Source: Lama glama
Taxonomy: Eukaryota
Assembly: GCA_028534125.1 (NCBI GenBank)
Contig: CM052816.1
Span: 9,550,001-9,614,000 of the forward strand
DNA: 64,000 nt
Direction: 5' to 3'
Shown here: positions 55,546-64,000 of the stretch, piece by piece
Position numbering within the stretch: the first letter of the stretch is position 1
How the letters are laid out: each line of letters starts with the position of its first letter
Translations under genes and position numbers: made by a program
The notes under the pieces: model-generated
Databases searched by the model: none
The model's input: only the letters and a program-made list of their open reading frames with translations
Told to the model about the DNA's origin: nothing

Positions 55546-56474
55546 AAACATTTAATATTCAAGCTGTGAAAAGTATTTTCATCACAGCGGAACTAATGTT
55601 TGCAAAGCATAATGAAATCTTCAAATAAAACTCATATACTTCAATATGAGTTTATACTACTATGATAATTAGCACATAATTAAAGTCTCATACTTTTTTT
55701 GTTAGTTTACACCCACATGATTCAATCAGCTCTGTTTAGTATATAAAAAGGTACTCAATGTGCTGGGGCTAATTTTTAAGATTTTAAAATTAAGTGAGAC
55801 TTAAGAGAAAACTGAAATATATTATTCACGACTTAATAAAGGCAGGAGAGATTACTTAACAATAAGATCAGAAACATTAACAGAATTATGATTAGGAAAT
55901 GTGCTTATCGTCACCGAACCCAATGTCTTGGTGTACACAGAAATATTATAAATGAAATTAGATACATCTTTATGTTTTGAGTTTATCTTTGCCAAAATAA
56001 TTCTCAGCTAAACTACTTACTTACCTGCTTATCTCCTGACAAACCTAAATGGAAGCAAAACTAGACTTTGGAAAAAATCATTAAGCACTGCAGAGGCAGA
56101 CGCAGGGTTATACACCCATATGATATGCTCCCCCAGCCCCAGCAACTTCCAGTTCTTACCTTTTGGCTAAGATTTTAAAACTTCGCTAGGAGTTAAGACT
56201 TTTAATTGTGGCTTGGGAGCAGAGTTTATATACTGAGACATCAGGATAAGCAATGGACTTAGTGTCAACATACACAGGTCTATTTTTCTAGAAGTGGAAC
56301 TACTTGAGTTTTTCTTGGTTGGATGCTTTACATGCCAACCTCCCCACCCCCACCCCACTGCTGAAAATTAGTTCAAAATCTGTATGATCACAAAACCCCA
56401 ACATAGAATTCAATTTGCCAAACTGGCTTTATGTAAGAAAAACACAGAATGAACAATGCCCTTTTCAAGTCCTA

Positions 56475-57248
<774 letters not shown>

Positions 57249-58641
57249 TTACAGAAAAAGAAGAATGGCCCGAGGAAAAGAAAAGATTTCAGTACAAATT
57301 CTGGACAAAAGGCAAGAGTAAATCTGGAACAGGAAACAATGTACACTAATTTTTCTAAAGTATAATGGTGACCACATCACTCAGCTGCTCAAAGTTCTCT
57401 GTGACTCCCTAGTGCCTACCTGGTTTATATTCCTCAGCTCAGCCTTCAAGGCTTGCCATGACCTAACTTCAAACTAACTTTTCATTCTTGTCCCCTCTAT
57501 ATACATTCTACACCCCAACCCAAACTTTTCTTTGAACATACCCCTGCCTTATTACCTTGGAGCCTTTATTCTCACCGATCTTCAGCCTTGGACCTCTGTT
57601 CAATCTCTTCTGCACCCCCACCCCAAAGCCACTGTAGTATATGTCCTGTAATATTATGATCTATGTTTCTGACCCAACTATTCAACCAAACTAGAGGTTC
57701 CCTAGAGAGAGAGATCATGACATTTATCTCCATATCCTTTACAGCACCTAACACAGTACCTGGGGCACAGTAAGGCTCAATGAATATATACAGGAATACT
57801 TAAACAAATAAGGTTTTGTCTGGCTGACAGATCTGGTTTCTAAATTCAGAAACTAAACTTTTCAGGAAACATTAGGCTAGTCAGCTGGTCACATTACTTT
57901 TCCTAAATTACAGTGTCCATAAAAGCTCTTTTCAACCACAATATAAAGATACTTGAATTTCTTAAAAGGAATAAAGTAAGAATTGAGTCATCAATCAGTA
58001 GTTAGTTATTCCAAGTCTAAAGAACTGAACTTACCATACCCAGAGCTGTATAAATATTTCAGGTTCAGTGTTAAATGTATACTAAACATTCAGATATATT
58101 AAGGAGTAGGGTCCCCAAGGAAAATGAGTGGACAATTTTTAAAAACCTCATTCTTTGCAGAACGTGGTTAGCATATGGATCTGAGAAACAGAAGGGGAGA
58201 CAAGGAGGAAGCATAAACCTAAAAGTTAAGAGAATTATGTTTCTTGGTGAGGTAACTGGCAGAAGGCTGTTAACTAGATTTAAAGGGAGACAGGGGATTA
58301 TAAGGACATACTTCAGGAAGTCCTCAAGCACCAAACTGGCCACCCACATTTGCTAAGCACAACTGGACAGATTACCAGTGGGGAATGGTTGTTTTTTCCT
58401 GCTCTGGATGACTCAGTTGTCACCTTTTATGTGAGGCACAGTAGAGCCTCCACTGTGGGACTGACAGTCCTCACATCTTCTCCTCCCTGAGCCCTGCCTC
58501 CACAATATTCTTGTGCTACACCTGCCCTTGAGCGCTCCACCCAAATTCTCCTCTCTCACTTGGACTGCTGCCTTTCTTGCCTCTTGTCATGTTTTGTAAA
58601 GATCTGTTATCTGCACCACTAGCTGTGGCAGGGACACATTA

Positions 58642-58941
<300 letters not shown>

Positions 58942-60275
58942 TCAGCCGTAGTACTGTTTTCCAGGGATCTGAGCTCACAGAGATGCTCTGGCTCTATGTT
59001 GCCTCCCTGATCACTCATTTTAATAAACATATACTTGGATGAGACACTGTGAAAGCACTTTAACTCTAAAGCATTACGTAAACATTTAGTATGATTAATA
59101 TTACCATCCAATGTTACAAATTTCTAAAGAGAAATTAAAGTGGAAGAGCAAGTGGCAGCCCCCTTCAGGATCTTCACTATTTAGAATCACATGAATCATC
59201 GCACATTAATAACAGTCATAATGAGCATTTAAAAATAGGCTAGATATTTTCCTAATTATGCAAATATATGAATGAAAGTAGAGCAGATCAAGATGACCCT
59301 CTGACACCCATGGGACTGCTGAGAACTTTGCATTCTTTAACTAAGTATAGGTCTATCACATTGGGTGTTGCAGATGCATTCTTGAAAGGCTAGATGCACA
59401 TTAGTTTGCTTATTTTTTATATTTATGTAAAAAAAAAGTGTTATCTGCTTGGCATTACACATTGTAAACCTTCAGCTCTTAGACCCACTTTTCTCTGACA
59501 AGTGACTGATAGCTGCTCCATCAATAAAATGTAAGCTCCAAGGAACCTTCCCTTTTTCCTGTCACACTGTACAATGCTTGGCACAGAGCAGGCAGGCACT
59601 CAATAAGTACTTGTTGAATAAGTGACTGCAGCTGTAAGACACTGAAAACAAGGGTAGTTAAACAAGACAAAGTGGCGTTTGAACAGACCAAGAGTGAGAA
59701 AACTTGAGTTCTAATCTTAATTCTGTCCCTTGATCATAGATTGAATGGTCTTGAGTAAACCTTCAAACTTTTGAAAGAATGTTAGTTTCCCCATCTGTAA
59801 ATTGAAGGGTTTTATTTGGTAATCTTTACAGGCAATATGACTCTACAGCCTGCCATAAGTGACCCAAGAGACTAGATCTTAGTCTGTTTATCACACCAAG
59901 TCAACCTCTCCACTTCTCCTCCTCCTCCCTACCAAAATGAAAGGAGAAAACAAGCAGAATATTTAATCAGGTCATTTATTTTCCCATCAATAATCTGAGT
60001 GCTTTCTTTCTCTACACACATACACACAAATATGCACATTAGTACAGAAAGAGGAGCTGCGGCCAGTTATCAAAAAATCAAAAACAAAATCTAATAAGAC
60101 ACACATACACGCACCAAGAACATCACAATGTAACACAGACTTTGTCAATAATAAACAGCATATAACACATAATTAGCTGCAGTGTCAAGAAAATAATCAT
60201 TCTCAGGGTTTCACTTTTTTTCATCATTCAGCCTCTCGTTCTCAGAACCGTGACTGTGGGAAGTCACATGATTAC

Positions 60276-60392
60276 CTGCTTGTTCCTCATCAACGTCCAC
60301 AGGAATAACTGCCTGACTGTGAGCTGAAGTCTCATGTCCACTCTCAGCCACCTCTCCATCTTCTTGCACCATGTCTTCCATCTCATTCAGTG
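60276..60392 (-). CDS. FBXO38: FBXO38 coding exon (most 5' exon found in the window)
   Basis: 117 nt, (A)[38 protein letters not shown]. tttaAG acceptor, GTAAT donor. Confidence 0.92.
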
Positions 60393-62554
60393 CTTAAACA
60401 AAAACAATCACAGACAAAGTAAAACCAGGAGAGGTCTAAGAAATCCAGAATGGCAGGCAAAACCGTGGCACCCCTGAGAAGAGAACAGCCTCGTGATTAT
60501 TTGGCCCGTTCTGAAAGAATAGTACATAGTAGTGCTTCATTATATTGACACCAACGAGAAGTGTACAGTTCTATACAAGGGCAGATCACAGATGGGAAAG
60601 GAGACAGTCTGCCACTGTAAGATGGAAGCAGGGAGAAAGGCACACAGCTGAGAGAAGAAAGCACGTGCTCATTCCGGACGATGCTACCACGGACGGCTGT
60701 GTGAGGCAACTGTTTGTCTCCCTCTAAGCTATCTGTTTGAAGGCAGTGAAAGCCAGCTACGAGAGGACCTGATGATCATCTTACAGGTAATTAGTCCTGT
60801 GGTATCTGCTAGCTAAACCAGGATGCCCTGGGCAGGGGAGCTCAGACTATGTATTTCTTTTCCTGTTCTCTAGAGACTATGGATCATTTTTGGTTAATGT
60901 GTGGCAAGGATTATTAAACACACTAAGTACATTTTTAACATTTCAATATTGCTTAAATGCTTTATTTGCAACTAAGTCTTCACTAGGGTTACCAGTGCCT
61001 ATTAGTGGGTGGGAATGTGGTTTCATTTATATTTTTCCAAATGATAAGCACAGTAAACAATTTTAGACCAATAAGCTTCAATCAGTTTACTATATCTTCT
61101 TAAGATAAAATAGTCAATTTTCTAAGAGGATCATAAACATAATAATTCCTGGCTTTGTCAGCTTTTTACAATATTAAATCCAAATCCCTCAAGTCAGTAT
61201 TCAAGGCAGTCAACCCACTACCCTTTTGCTACCTACACCTAAGCCTGGGTGCCTGGTCTCAGTTTGAGTCAGAAGAATAATGATACTGCCGTTTACATTT
61301 ATAGCTTGGCCACCACCCAGAGGGCAGCAGACTGTCTCTATCCTGTGCACCACTGTATCCTCATCACCCAGGGGTGCTCAACACTACTGCTATGAAATCA
61401 ACCAAACCATCGTTTGAATGAAATGAATAAATCAACCCAAAAGAAAAGAAGATCCTGTTCCTGAAAGAACTAAAGCATCTATTCAAGGCGACAAGACAAA
61501 TTCATAGAGTCAACAAAGAAACAAGGTAAAATATGAGTAAGCCAGCAAGACACCATTCACATAAATGCCACTGGAATATAAAGCAGAGAGGTCTGTGATT
61601 TCAGAGGGACAGTGTGGTTTTGCTTTGGTCTTAAATATACACAACAGCACATTCCCACTTATGTTCAGTTTCTGATCCCAAATTCTTGCCCAACGCTAGC
61701 CCTCAATATCTACACTTCATTTAGGACCAAAACAAGAACTGACCTTGCTGAGAAACATTCCATCATAAAAGCCAGTTTTCTTCTTTCATTCAGTTTTCAT
61801 GAACAATTATGAACAGTGGTTAGTAATTAATGTGTACATAGTCTATGTTAGGCTCCATCCTAAATGCTTTTATATACATGGTCATATTTGTCTCTCACAG
61901 CAGCCTTATGAGGGTATTATTAGTAGCATTATTTTTGCAGTTGAGGAAACTGAGGCACAGAAGGGTTGGTAGTCTGCTGGGATTTTAACTGAGGTCTGTT
62001 TCCACAGCCTGCTATAATACAAGGATAATAAATAGATGGAAAATTTATAGTCCCTGCTGTCAAAGAGAACGCACACATTCTAGCAGAAATGTCAGACATA
62101 CAGAGTAAGGTCAGAATATACTTATTAAGGCTAGAACAGTACAAGGGAAACGTGGACTAAAAAGCAGCAGCTAATTCTCCTGTTGGACGGGGAAGATTTC
62201 ACTGAGATGAGGTGACATTTCATATTTACCAGGAAGCACATTACATTTTCCAGAAGAGTAAGCAGTACAGTGATAAAAAGAACTAGTGTTTATGTTGAGA
62301 TGAGTGTATGAAAGAGAAAAGAAGCCTAAAAAGGCAGCCTGGGCCCCAGACTGTGAAAAAGTTATAAAGCCTTGCTAAAAAGCTTATAATTGCTTCTCAC
62401 AGGCAGGGGTAACCACTGGAAAAGAGGTACATTCTTGTGTCTATGTAATAAGGTTTTCCAAAGCCACCAAACAACTGCTTTTTAGGTTGCCACAATAACC
62501 TGTGGAAGTATTTAATGTGATACCCAAGGTTATTTTAAACTTAACTTCTTTAGT

Positions 62555-63560
62555 TGCATTCATTCATTCAAATATTTATTTAGTATCTACTATAATGTGT
62601 TACTGTCCCTAGGTGCTAAGAAACAGTGGTGATATTCATTCAATATCTTTATTCTCATGAGCTTACTTTCAGTTGGAGAAGGAAAAAAAATTAATAAACA
62701 ATAATAAAAACATCAGACAGTAATATCTGATGTAATAAAATTAAAAGAGTGATGTATTAGAGAATGAATTGGTGGCTACTTGAGTTAAAGTGGTAAGGTA
62801 GTCGAAAGGTGTAAGTTTTTGGTTGTAAAATAAACATACGTCATGGGAACGTAATGTACTGTATGGTGATGATAGTAATACTGTATTGCACATTTTAAAG
62901 TTGCTAAGAGAGTAGATCTTAAAATTTCTCATCATAAGAAAAAAATTTTGTAACTATATATGGTGATGAATTACACTTATACTTACTGTGATCATTTTGC
63001 AATGTATACAAACACCATCAATTACACCTCAATTGAAAAAAGATTAAAACAGCAGGGAAAGACATCTCTAAGATTAACATTTAAGCTAAGACCTAGATAT
63101 CAAGAAGGAGCCAGCCATGCAAAGATGGAGGGAGGGACATGGAGGCAGCAGTTACTGCAACAGTTGGTGCCAGCTTATACGTCCAACCATGGGGTATGAG
63201 GTGGGGAGAACAAAATGTGAGAACAGGCCAGATCATATAGCACTTTATGGCCAAAATCAAGAAACTGCATTTTTTTTCTAAGGCAGTGGGAAGCTATTGG
63301 AAAGTTTTAAGGAAGGGAGCAACATTGCCTAGTATATTTTAATTTGAAAGCTATTAAAACATTTAGGTAAAAAAAGGTCTGGTACAAAAGTGGTACAATG
63401 GGGAGGAGAATGTAGATGGACTGGGGAGATCTTTTAGAGACAGTTAACAAGACTTGCTAAAGAACTCGATGTTGAGGAGAGCAGGCAGGTGGTGCTATAA
63501 AGAAAAGAAAGGATGTCTCAAGTGATGTCTTTCATAATTAAATTAGATGGTGGTATCTTT
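62555..63560. mobile_element. L2 fragment (minus) interrupted by an L1 3' end (about 62800-63040, plus)
   Basis: cattcattcattcaaatatttatttag is an L2 tail. aaagttgctaagagagtagatcttaaaatttctcatca...gtgatcattttgcaatgtatacaaa is L1. Confidence 0.62.
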
Positions 63561-64000
63561 GGACTAAGGAAAGTGCAAGTGATTCTTGGTTTTGATTTTT
63601 CTTTGTTTCAAAACAGTTTATCATTGAGCAGCACATCTTTTTCAGAACAATTTTAATTAATGAAACTATGTAAACTATCTTTCAATCAAATACCAACGTT
63701 TACTAAGTGTTCTGTTCAGCTGAAATATTATTTTGGTTGAAAAAAATCCTGTTACCAAATATAATCATAAACCTTAACAGATTTGAGCTGTTTTTACAAA
63801 TACTACGATGAAGTTCATAGGATTTGGGTAGTTCTGCATTGCAGCTGCTGTAACAGTTTCCTAAGGATAGTCTGTGTCCTCTGAAGTCCCGATCCTTATG
63901 ACAACACCCAGGGATCAAGGCAAAGAAACAATACCCGACCTTGCTCCCTCTCCTTCACTCAAGCACCTTCTGGTTCTGCACTTTTGTTTTTGTATCTGGT

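Noticed and set aside
55628..55653. 10-bp stem hairpin aaactcatat-acttca-atatgagttt
   Set aside because: Short, AT-rich and next to old L1 debris. It is too small for a pre-miRNA and plausible by chance.

Overview
Mammalian genomic DNA, most likely camelid, judged from a Vic-1-type tRNA SINE and camelid-type L1 3' ends. There is one 500-N assembly gap. The window covers the convergent 3' ends of two genes. On the + strand lies the array of alternative terminal exons of the serotonin receptor 4 gene HTR4: b at 8285, a c-homologue at 9963, the shared g/e/f exon at 24973/24994/25018, and a at 35955. The common HTR4 coding exons lie upstream, outside the window. On the - strand are the last ten coding exons and the 3' UTR of FBXO38 (60392 down to about 43400), all with GT-AG junctions and consistent phases. 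The rest is intron or intergenic DNA rich in MIR, L2, L1, MLT1 and hAT (MER20/MER58/MER3/MER5) relics plus microsatellites. I found no evidence of a wholly new biological system. The most interesting signals are: an apparently frameshifted 5-HT4(c) exon; a possible disabled d exon; a distant branch point with a 97-nt AG-exclusion zone feeding three in-frame acceptors; FBXO38 exon-internal splice options; and an unexplained 51-bp near-exact duplication 1700 bp apart. Comparisons with human or rodent proteins and repeat family names are from memory and need checking by alignment.
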